A DNA stretch of 20,000 nt, taken from positions 172,819-192,818 of the forward strand of contig MU271192.1 of NCBI GenBank assembly GCA_021432655.1, read 5' to 3'. The position numbers and the translations under genes are program-made. Positions 11,361 through 20,000 of the stretch are shown piece after piece. The notes beneath the pieces were generated by a model that worked only from the letters and a program-made list of their open reading frames with translations, ran no database searches and had not been told where the DNA came from. The stretch is from Atractiella rhizophila (Eukaryota). How positions within the stretch are numbered: the first letter of the stretch is position 1; each line of letters starts with the position of its first letter.

Positions 11361-11744
11361 GGGGCAATCTGAGTCTCCATTGTCTGTTTGCGAATGGATA
11401 ATGCCCTGGTAATGATATACTTCAGTGGGGATTTATTACTTTAGCTTCAATATTGACAAGTTCATATTATGTTGTTTGGAAGACAACAAACTTCAAGTTG
11501 AAAGCTTGCGGTGCCAGCAAAAGCTTCAAACTGGGAGCCAAGGGGTAGCTTTCTAGCTCCCAGGTTCGGAGGCAGAGAGTCAAGCAGACGGCCTCACCTT
11601 GACCTAGAATCACTCATTTCAAGCATTGATTCCCAGTTTCTTCCAATCAATCGTTCATCCAACTCAGGCGCACTGCTTGAAGACATCATCAACTGTCATC
11701 ATATCTAGACGTATCTTCCTTTCTTAAGCTGCTAGTGCATCATG

Positions 11745-11770
11745 CACGATGCTTCACGATGCTTCATGAT
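11745..11770. repeat. Short tandem repeat (CACGATGCTT)x2 plus partial copy
   Basis: cacgatgctt cacgatgctt catgat read directly in the intergenic region. Confidence 0.6.
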
Positions 11771-12049
11771 AGGAACCATGAATGGATGGAGAGTATGCGT
11801 CTCATTCAAATGAACAAAGCATGGGGCAGTTGACTTTGATTTTCCTTCAGTGTCATTGCTGGACAACATGCCGGAAATACCAGAATAGGGAACAACTTGA
11901 AAGAGTCGAATACCATTATACCGAGATCTTTCGAGGGTATAGAGCCTACGACAAAGAAACAAAATGTCTCGGGTGACTGTCATGAATGTGAGTAGATCGC
12001 TCTTCTTTATAAATGAATAGGCATACGAAGCAACGAAGACAATAAAAAA

Positions 12050-12860
12050 TCAATGACATGACATCCCCTTTGCATCAGCTCCAGCCTCGACCTCTTTGGA
12101 AAAGAAGGCGAAATGGCCAACAAACCCTCCCCTACATCACTGTCGTCGTTAGTCTCGTGGTGGTGATAGAAAAAAGATACGGCTTACGCGAGGACCGCCA
12201 GTATCAGAAATCCGTTGTACGACATGATTATGAGCATGAGATAGAACTTGTTACTCGCGCATGAGTCCTCGAATACTGGAGGGTGTGAAGAATGTGCTCA
12301 CAGAAATCGCGACGTTTAAAACATACCAAAGGGAGCGCAGCGCTCGTGTTCGCTTGTCCAACCTGGATAGATCCTCAGCCCGCATGAAGATAAGTCAGCA
12401 TAAGAGAAACTGACACATCCTCAACAGAGACCCTTCCCCTCCCGAGCAAGCTCTCATCGCTGGCACTCAAATCCGGCAGCCCAGCGTTCCTATCTCTCTT
12501 CTTATCGCTCAGCCTGCTCCTCTTCAGCTCGGCCAGTGTTTTATCGAGGACTGAAGCCCGTTTCCGGGAATATTCATAGAGGACACCAATGGTGAAGATG
12601 AGGAGGAGTGACAAGGGGAAGCTGGCAGAATCCCTGGAGCTGATTTGAAGGAAGGGAAAGACGAGGCAAATGCCAGAAGGGTCCCAGTGAAAGGACATAT
12701 TCATCTACTCATTCCGACCATATCTCAGCCTTATTTGCTTGCATAATTATACCTGAACACGCACCGCACACATCTTCATGTCTCCATGATCCATTCCGCC
12801 GCCATGATCTCCTCCAGGCATGTCGTGCCCTCCGTGTCCCCCATGATCTCCGTGATCCAT
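12050..12860 (-). CDS. Ctr-family (SLC31) copper transporter, 195 aa, Ctr2-like
   Basis: Exons 12860-12765, 12704-12415, 12362-12302, 12246-12188 and 12131-12050 total 588 nt. His/Met-rich N-terminus MDHGDHGGHGGHDMPGGDHGGGMDHGDMKMCAMNMSFHW. TM1 ends in GVLYE. TM2 has MxxxM (MLIIMSYNG), TM3 has GxxxG (GGFVG), and the protein ends in ...GMSCH. These are the defining Ctr motifs. Confidence 0.95.
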
Positions 12861-13052
12861 CTCTACTGTTTCTCAAAGAATCACCTGGTGTATGTCGCCT
12901 TCCTTTATCGCTGTAAGCAGCTGTATGGTCGTTAGGTCGAAATCGAGAGAGGAGAGTTACTGCGGTAGGAGAGTATATTATGACCCAAAGTGGAACGGAC
13001 GCATCGTACGCTGTTAGGGTACGCACATAAGTAACAACAAACTAACTTCTAA

Positions 13053-13106
13053 CTGGACATTTTTTTCGTCAGCAACAAACTTGCGATTGACTATTCGTTT
13101 GCATAC
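13053..13106 (-). other. Putative 5'-UTR intron of the Ctr transcript (54 nt)
   Basis: On the minus strand: GTATGC donor, GCTGAC branch site, CCAG acceptor. Length is typical of the other introns in this window. Confidence 0.5.
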
Positions 13107-13150
13107 TCTGGCGGTCGCGAGCTGATGTACTGACTGGTTGCCCACCTCTA

Positions 13151-13194
13151 GTGAGTTTTCTCGCTTTGCTACGGTTGTTGCTGACCAAACTTAG
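13151..13194 (+). other. Putative 5'-UTR intron of the 786-aa ORF transcript (44 nt)
   Basis: GTGAGT donor, GCTGAC branch site, TTAG acceptor, lying upstream of ATGs at 13211 and 13272. Confidence 0.6.
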
Positions 13195-13271
13195 GGCACA
13201 CCTCCTACCTATGCGACCACAAGGATTCCTACGAAACCTAGCAGGTCAAGGAACGAATTTGCAAGCTTTGA

Positions 13272-15632
13272 ATGTTGCGGAGGACATGGAGTGGAAAGCC
13301 CCAATTCTCTAAACCCGATTTACCTTCTTTGGGAAATCGCTATGGGCAAAGTGTTGTGAGTTCTTCGTCGGATGCTCGCATTGGGTCGAGCCCTCGTCTT
13401 TCGTTCTCTGTCCGATTCGTTGGCCACCCGAAGGCGACTGCTGCAATAGTGGGCGACCTGGGATTTTACACCATTCAGAGGCTCGGAAGACGTGACGCTT
13501 CGACATGGGCTTACTTGAAAGGGCTCGCCATTGCCACGTTACGCTCTCCGGGTCGTGAAGAAGTTGCGAATCTTGCGCGTCCAAAAGATCCATTGGAACA
13601 GCTCGCAACTGACGTTAGTCCACGCCAGCGTCCATCACCCGATGTCTTTGTTTCCAAGGTCAAAATCACTAGATCAGCCGACCTCCTCGAACTCTTCCCT
13701 GCTCCCATGAGCGTCCAACTACGTGCTGCACATGCCCGAAGGACTTGGCAGCAGCCGCCAGCTCAGCAGCCGGCCAACGGTTCCTTACTGGGGAACGAAA
13801 TTGGAACGCTGTCGAGAGCCGAGAATGTTCAGGTACCCGTGATCCCTTCGAATGCTTTGTATACGATCAGTCTGGAGTCACTGGAGCGGGAAGCAGGTGA
13901 TATCACGTCTTCAAGAGACGAAAACGGGTTTGGGACGATTTCGAATGCGAGCAACAAGGGGTCCGCCCAAATGCACATCCTCTCGCGACTCGAACAACTG
14001 CTTTCTACATATGAGAATGATGCGACAATCCAGATGAGCCCAAAGAAGACTCTTCGGGCTGTCAACCACGTCTGGATGGCGTTACGAAGACTCCAATGGA
14101 TCGTTCACTCGACCGGTCAAGATCACTTGGAGCTCTCTGTTGACCTGCGGAGGTCATTTTCCGTCTTCCTGTCCAGCGGTATGACAACCTTGATGCGCTT
14201 TCGAAGAAGCAAGCATGCTGTTGACATCGATCGCAAATTCTTTGGCGAACTCGGATCCTCTGACTGTCCCTTTCCTGCTCTACGGTTGAAACGAGACATT
14301 GTGTTGTGGCGCCGAGCTTTTCAGGCACTTTTTCGTTCCAAGTCAATCTTGAGTAATAGCTCTCGATGGCGCTCTGGAACGGATCGATATGTGAAGCTTC
14401 CTCTACCCTTTGCCCAGTTCGAGAGCGCAATTCGACAGTTTGTGTCTGAGCAAGAACACGTGGATGCTGGTTTGCTATCTGCTCTGAGGCACGCGGCGGT
14501 CTGGAGCGTTCGTCACCTCCAGATATATTTGTCAGCTCCTACATCTCGATTCGAACATAAGATTCGAAGAGACGAAGTTCGACCTTACCAGTACTTCCTT
14601 GCTCGTTTGGATATCCCACCCGACTTGCTGCAGGAGAAGACCACAGCTCTGACAGAAGCTCGACAGCTGCATGAGAGGATCATCGATTCTTTCTTCGACA
14701 CGGACGAAGCACCAGTGAGCGAGCCAGCAGATTTGCGCGATAGGTTTTCCCTCGCCTTGGAGCTTTTTTCTACCCTGCTTCATCTAAGACCTTCGCAAGA
14801 ATCGACAGTTGCTAAGGCACGACCTCTCACGCTCCAAGAGGAAATGACAGAACTTCAAAAACGCAAGATACGCGCGTTCTGGACGATCAATTCGCACGCT
14901 TTTCGTGTTATGGATTTACACTCTACTTGGGGAGGATGGAACGGGAAAGTACACGACTATTGTCTTAGCGTTGCCCTGGATGCCTTTGATTTATTGATCA
15001 ATCACCACAAGGAAGACGCTACCTCGAGTGTTTGGGCTAAGCTGGCCATTCACGATACCTTTTGGTTACGATTGCTACAGCGGACATTAGGGACCTACTG
15101 CCTCCGCCAGAACTTCGTCACTATAGCGTACCGGAAGAAGCATATTGTTCCTTGGCAAGGACCTTCCGGCCTTCGTCGCGTCCTTCAGACGATTTACGCT
15201 TACTATTCAGTCTCGCACCCCGGCTCAATGCAACTCCACACCTCAATCTTCCCTCCTGCCCTGGTGAAAGAGCATCTTCTCAAATGGATCCTATATGAGC
15301 GGCGCCATGAAAACGACGAGCTGATTCCCGTCTCTCTTGGAAATGTTGCGTTACGTTTAGACCTGTTCCTCGGTGCTATCGCAGCTACCAGAAGTCGACC
15401 AAAAACCTTTGATTTAATTTGTGATTGGACCTCGGAAGCACTGGACACTAGAACTGAGAGTCTAGGATGGTTGTCAGGACGCGATTTGATGGGTCACGTT
15501 TCGGTATCATCCGTCATCAGTTTATGGAGAGAAAGAGGGCCTGTCAATAAGGTGCGCGGTGAAGTCCTCTCCTCTCTACTCATCTGGACATGTCGTGATG
15601 ACAACTGGGTTCCTGATATTGTATCAAGTTGA
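13272..15632 (+). CDS. Hypothetical protein, 786 aa, single long exon, possibly mitochondrial and helical-repeat-like; both ends uncertain
   Basis: An uninterrupted 2361-nt ORF, far too long for chance. The N-terminus is Arg/Ser-rich and acid-poor (MLRRTWSGKPQFSKP...), and the remainder is Leu/Arg/Trp-rich and looks helical. I recognise no family. Confidence 0.8.
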   Translation: MLRRTWSGKPQFSKPDLPSLGNRYGQSVVSSSSDARIGSSPRLSFSVRFVGHPKATAAIVGDLGFYTIQRLGRRDASTWAYLKGLAIATLRSPGREEVANLARPKDPLEQLATDVSPRQRPSPDVFVSKVKITRSADLLELFPAPMSVQLRAAHARRTWQQPPAQQPANGSLLGNEIGTLSRAENVQVPVIPSNALYTISLESLEREAGDITSSRDENGFGTISNASNKGSAQMHILSRLEQLLSTYENDATIQMSPKKTLRAVNHVWMALRRLQWIVHSTGQDHLELSVDLRRSFSVFLSSGMTTLMRFRRSKHAVDIDRKFFGELGSSDCPFPALRLKRDIVLWRRAFQALFRSKSILSNSSRWRSGTDRYVKLPLPFAQFESAIRQFVSEQEHVDAGLLSALRHAAVWSVRHLQIYLSAPTSRFEHKIRRDEVRPYQYFLARLDIPPDLLQEKTTALTEARQLHERIIDSFFDTDEAPVSEPADLRDRFSLALELFSTLLHLRPSQESTVAKARPLTLQEEMTELQKRKIRAFWTINSHAFRVMDLHSTWGGWNGKVHDYCLSVALDAFDLLINHHKEDATSSVWAKLAIHDTFWLRLLQRTLGTYCLRQNFVTIAYRKKHIVPWQGPSGLRRVLQTIYAYYSVSHPGSMQLHTSIFPPALVKEHLLKWILYERRHENDELIPVSLGNVALRLDLFLGAIAATRSRPKTFDLICDWTSEALDTRTESLGWLSGRDLMGHVSVSSVISLWRERGPVNKVRGEVLSSLLIWTCRDDNWVPDIVSS

Positions 15633-16418
15633 TGAAACTTTTTTAAACTTTACCAATTGATCCTGCTGATTTATGTCCGACTTTCTTATTCTAAGGACCG
15701 CATTTTTCGATGAGACTGACTGCTTATGGCAGGATATTCATGGTCGACGACCGAGAAAACGCAGGCCACGGAACAAACGAGCGTCAACCAACAGAATCCT
15801 TCGTCCTTTTCGTTATCAAAAATCACTGCCAGCTTCTTGACATCTCATGCAACCACGCTGTCTCATTCTGCCGCATCCTCCGTGCAGCTAACTTATCATC
15901 AGTCGCATTTCTGTAGACTAAGTATCTAGTGACTTCAGTAATACCGAATAAATCAGAATACCATATCAACTAAAGCTAATCATGCTGAACATTGCTGCGT
16001 ACAGGAGTTAACAATGCCGCTTTGATGCTTGAGATGCAAATCGATTGTTGAATTCGATCTACGCGCGTACTCAGACGGCTACCAGCCTCAGCATCGCCAC
16101 CCCCTCACAGTTAGCTTCGTTGAACGCTGACCTTCGGGAGAACGCTCGTGCGCCTTTCTCCGAGGAAACCGAGCTGGTCAAGCTGAGTAGGTGTACAGTC
16201 AGGTTTTTCAAAGAAAGCTGGGAAGCTAGGACAGATGATCAGCGCAATGCGAGAACAGTCGGCACGGAGGTATGCTTCCAACTCCTTTGCTCCATACCTC
16301 CGAGAACAAAGATGCACCGTCCGTTTCAGGCTATGGATCAACAGAGACCTCTTAAACCAATCCCTGCTGATTTGTTTCGCCCTTTGATCCGAAACATTTG
16401 TATTCCAAAGTATAAGAC

Positions 16419-16999
16419 ATGTTGAGTGGTGGCGCGATAGCAGGCATCAGTAGGTCTTTCCCTATTTTCATTGATGACTCTGCGGCTGAAGGAACACTAC
16501 AGTTATCGGCATCTTTGTCATATTGGGACTCTCTTTGCTCGCGGTATACGCAATCTTACGAATGGACCAAATCGCACTTGCTCAACATCAGCTTGACCGC
16601 GAAACAGGTATTGAACCTGAACAGAATAATAATATTCATACTCGCGAATCGCCTATTTCCCCAACCAGTCTTTCAGCACCCGCTCTCTCTCCTGCCCCAA
16701 CATCACTGGCTAGCGAATGGGGCGATCCAGTGGTGCGATACCTTCAACGGCAGGCGTCGACGAGATATTGGAAAGACATGTGGGTGATGCCAATGCCGAA
16801 GAGCTGGTCGAGAGCGAGGAGCCCGAAAGAGTTTCTGTCGAGGACGAAACAGGAGAACATCGATCATTGGGTCAGAGAGAGTACACCGGCACAGCCAAGT
16901 ATCCGTCCTTATTCGCCTCCAGCCACCATCACGGATCGGAACGCGCAGGACGAAACAAGTCGGCCGCTTCTTTGGAGACCTTTACCGGAACCCCAGTAA
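16419..16999 (+). CDS. Small single-pass membrane protein (175 aa) with N-terminal TM helix and Pro/Ser-rich tail
   Basis: Intron 16450-16502 (GTAGGT...GCTGAA...CTACAG) joins two ORFs to give MLSGGAIAGIIIGIFVILGLSLLAVYAILR, the typical fungal 'LSGGAIAGIVIG' TM motif. A further intron at 16996-17060 is possible and would extend the CDS to 17142. Confidence 0.75.
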
Positions 17000-17374
17000 G
17001 GAGAGCCGTTGTAGATGGACAAGTTAGAATTCTGAGTGATTCCATAACTTATTTCTTCAGTCGTCTTTGTCAATCGTCGTTCAGTGTGCATTTCTTTTTG
17101 GCCTCAGAATTTTGGACTGTGCAGTTTCGAGGTGTTCAATGACGTTGCATAACTTTCATGCCTGTAATATTACACCAATTGTTTCCTCTGCATGAAAACT
17201 ACCCGCAAGAAATGTCAAGCATGCGAATTCTAATGCAGAATAATGGGAGGACAGCTTTGATAGCTCTTGGCTCCCTCGCATGGATCATTTTGCATCATAA
17301 ATACTCAACTGACAGATCTGCTCAGTTAGTAGTCTCAGCGATATGATGTGCAGAGAAATTAGATCACAGGACAT

Positions 17375-17424
17375 CACGTGGAATAATTGTGCTTGATTGT
17401 CACACGTTCTATTTAACAGCGCGT
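17375..17424 (+). promoter_or_regulatory. Candidate CHZ1 promoter elements: E-box CACGTG, TATA-like TATTTAA, MCB-like GCGCGT
   Basis: CACGTG at 17375-17380, TATTTAA at about 17410-17416 and GCGCGT at 17419-17424, roughly 90-135 bp upstream of the ATG. These are short motifs and could be chance. Confidence 0.3.
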
Positions 17425-17510
17425 CTCCTCCTTTTCCCCAAAAACGGTCACCCCAGATTTCTGCGTGGGTCCCCAATCGCACAGCCTCGTTGGAAGCAAC
17501 AGTACGCATC

Positions 17511-18134
17511 ATGTCAACCTCTGGAGACCAGCAGGAACTGAGGACGGAGGTCACTGAACTCCAGTGAGCATATCACGCGTCCCGCATAACATTGCTAGAC
17601 TGACGCGTTTCCTCTTTTAAAGGACCGAAAACAAGTCTGCTCCTTTGAGCAAGGGCAAAGGAAAAGGTGTGCTGCTTTGCTGACGAGGGTAAGTTGTGGG
17701 TTAAATGGGTGTGTGACAGCACAAGAAGAATCCGCGGGTGATGTCAGCATGGAAAGCGTGGAGGACGACGATGAGAGCGGGAGCGAGGTTGATGACGACG
17801 AGGCTGAAGCTGTGAGTATTTCATGATCTACTACGCTGCGAAATGAGGTGGTAATGGAGACGCGCCTCGTTTTAGCGTATGGAAGCGGAGATGAGAGACC
17901 CTGAGAACGAGGATGCGGAAGACTACGCTGAAATCGAGTCCGTCTTTTCTTCTACTCAGCCCATTTATAGTGCCTGACGAAAAAGGACACTTTAGTCCTA
18001 GCAACATCCTCCCGCCTGGTACGAGGAGAACCCGAACGGCTGCTAAGGCACCGCAGGAAGAGACGGAAAACAAAGAAGCTGACGTGTCTATGGATGATGA
18101 AGAGGACACAGACTTCAAGGCCGACGAAGAGTGA
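17511..18134 (+). CDS. CHZ1: Histone H2A.Z chaperone of the CHZ family, 129 aa
   Basis: Exons 17511-17563, 17623-17666, 17720-17811, 17876-17937 and 17996-18134 total 390 nt in frame. The protein has SKGKGKA, acidic tracts and the CHZ-motif core DYAEIDPSNILPPGTRRTR. Confidence 0.85.
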
Positions 18135-18669
18135 TCTGTGATCCTTTGCTCCTTGAGAATACGGGGAGAAAGCTACTGCAGGCTAAAGAAACGGGTAATT
18201 GGCATGTTGATATGAAGAACAAATTACAATATATTATCTCTTCGACTTTCCCTTTAATTCGTCGCGTGTGCCGCCCGTGAACTGCTGTTCTCTTCAGCTT
18301 AGCAAGAGCAAAAAGCGGATGGTTATGGTGGGAATGAGAATGGGAATAGTCCCGGCATGACGGTACAATAAGGTTAGTTACTACTGCGAATGCGAACAAG
18401 GATCAAGGAGCCGGCTCTGCCTCTGTCCGGTTCATTTCGTTGGCAACGGATAAGGGCAACCACGACGTCTCTTTTCTTTTGAGCTTCTCGCCACTTCAAC
18501 TTCCCCTTCGCTCTTTCAGGGTTGATCCTCTCATCGTCAGCGACGGCAGTCATTTATTAGATTTCTCATCGAAAGCCGCCAGGGTCGCCTTTTCATCTTT
18601 CTTCGTGCACATATCCCAATCATCTTCGATTTTCTACTCGCAACTATGCAAGCTCGCGCATCGCCGACC

Positions 18670-20000
18670 ATGTCGACTTCAGTAATCCTTCTCCTCACAT
18701 TCCTTTCCCTTTTTTCTCTCGTTGACGCTCACTCCTCCAATCTCGCCAACACCAATCGCCTGCATGCCAAGCTTCGGATGGAGCGCAGGCAGAAGTCCTC
18801 TTGCGTACGGAGGAACGAGACTTCGGCAGTGTCCATCTCTACTCCCAAGTCCTCCTCTGGGGTCTCCGGAACGACCCTCGTGGATGCCGAGGTCACTTCT
18901 CTCGGAAAGAAAGGCAGAGTAGCGGTTAAGCAGGCTGGGACCTTTGTGCCACAATCGCTCAAGAAGTCTAGCAATAGCAATGGTGGACAGTGCACAATCA
19001 GTGTTTCGTCCAAGGTGAGTGTTCTCTCATTACTTCACGATAAACGTGGGAACGGGAGCGGATGGAGTTGCGATTTTCCTCAGCACGGTAATTACGTGAT
19101 CGGTTGACTTTGCTCTTTATTGTTTTCCCTAGACGAACAAAGCCATCCAAGCCTCTGTCAAGAACTCCGCTCAGAACTGCGAGGACGCAGCAAAGGCAAC
19201 CGTTCAAAGTGACGCTGGTAAGTCCTTTTTCATATGCTGCGGGTTGTCAAGTCCGATCCTCATGGCTGCCACTTGTGACATGTGTGCGCAGAAGGACTTT
19301 TGGGATGCTATCGAATCGGATTCTTGGATATGACCAACCGTCAGTTTGGAGCTGAACTCTCCGTCTGGAACGCTGGGTCTCAACTCTCTTCTTCGGACCT
19401 ATCCAAGGCATCCCTCCAGCTCTCATGGTCGAACGGCACTAAGAACTTAGCCACCGCTCCCGGATCTTTCGCAACTACCGACGAATCTTCTGGTTCCATC
19501 TCGAAAGTAGGAAGCTTTCACTTTGTCTCCGACCTCCCGGCGTCGTTCAGCTCCTCCTCCGATCTCGCGGACCTTACCCCTTCACTCGCCGCAGCCGGAG
19601 TCGACCTTTCCAACGTTCTCGGACTCGTCGATGTTACCAGCTTGAACAACACCCTGCTCGCGGATTCCAAGTGGGGTCTGTACGACAAACAATTCGTCGT
19701 TGAGCAAGAGAGCACCCTTACCCGATTCGTCCGATTCGTCAAGAGGAAGTTCGTCGACCTCTCCAACGGTGCTCAAGATGACTCTACGAAGGAGGACTCT
19801 GCTTCTTCCACCGATTCGGTCGACAAATCTTCTTCGTCCGAATCAGTAGCAGAGGAGACGAAATCCACTAAGTCGTCTGCCGCTGCTGAGACTAAGGCTG
19901 CGGCGAAGGGCGATTTGGGAGGCTTCCTCGATCAGGCCAACTCGCAAGCTGGAGCTGATGCTACGTCGACTTCCAAGGCGAGCAAAGCGACGGAGACTTC
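18670..20000 (+). CDS. Secreted or cell-surface Ser/Thr-rich protein, 3'-partial
   Basis: Signal peptide MSTSVILLLTFLSLFSLVDA-HSS. Introns 19015-19132 (GTGAGT..CCTAG) and 19218-19291 (GTAAGT..GCAG) keep the frame open to the window end. Cys-containing core (QCTIS, NCED, GLLGCYRIGFLD), N-glycosylation sequons (NET, NGT, NNT) and a Ser/Thr/Ala/acidic tail. Confidence 0.85.

Noticed and set aside
11732..11983. 83-aa minus-strand ORF as a separate gene
   Set aside because: Lies just downstream of the Ctr stop (probable 3' UTR or intergenic), with no motif or splice support.
12709..13026. 105-aa minus ORF with repeated GSRRSWG/WRRSW units
   Set aside because: Alternative-frame reading of the Ctr His/Gly repeat exon and its leader.
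12921..13200. TPP riboswitch or exact Mac1 CuRE (TTTGCTC) in the Ctr leader
   Set aside because: No TPP aptamer core seen. The closest Mac1-like match is TTTGCTA, which is not the consensus.
1..20000. CRISPR array, tRNA/rRNA, transposase or reverse-transcriptase genes, prokaryotic defence system
   Set aside because: No repeat-spacer periodicity, cloverleaf or mobile-element motifs were seen, and the gene structure is eukaryotic.

Overview
Gene-dense fungal nuclear DNA, most likely a basidiomycete (inferred from dense 44-64 nt spliceosomal introns and the style of the proteins). I reconstructed seven protein-coding genes by hand-splicing. (1) GCN1, + strand, open from the window start to 9280, with 30 introns and about 2600 aa. 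As written it carries two +1 homopolymer frameshifts. (2) A convergent minus-strand orphan gene, about 577 aa, with an acidic/basic disordered N-terminus, a C-terminal RRM-like fold and GC-AG intron(s). (3) A Ctr-family copper transporter on the minus strand, 195 aa. (4) A divergent, intron-free 786-codon ORF with a mitochondrial-presequence-like N-terminus. (5) A small single-pass membrane protein. (6) A CHZ1-type histone H2A.Z chaperone. (7) A secreted Ser/Thr-rich protein that runs off the right end. I saw no tRNA, rRNA, CRISPR array or recognisable transposon. The most interesting non-routine signals are the very tight head-to-head Ctr/ORF786 region, whose opposite-strand leader introns share an 11-bp inverted repeat, the GCN1 frameshifts (probably assembly errors), and the orphan RRM-like gene ending 43 bp from GCN1. 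I cannot support a claim of a wholly new system from sequence alone.
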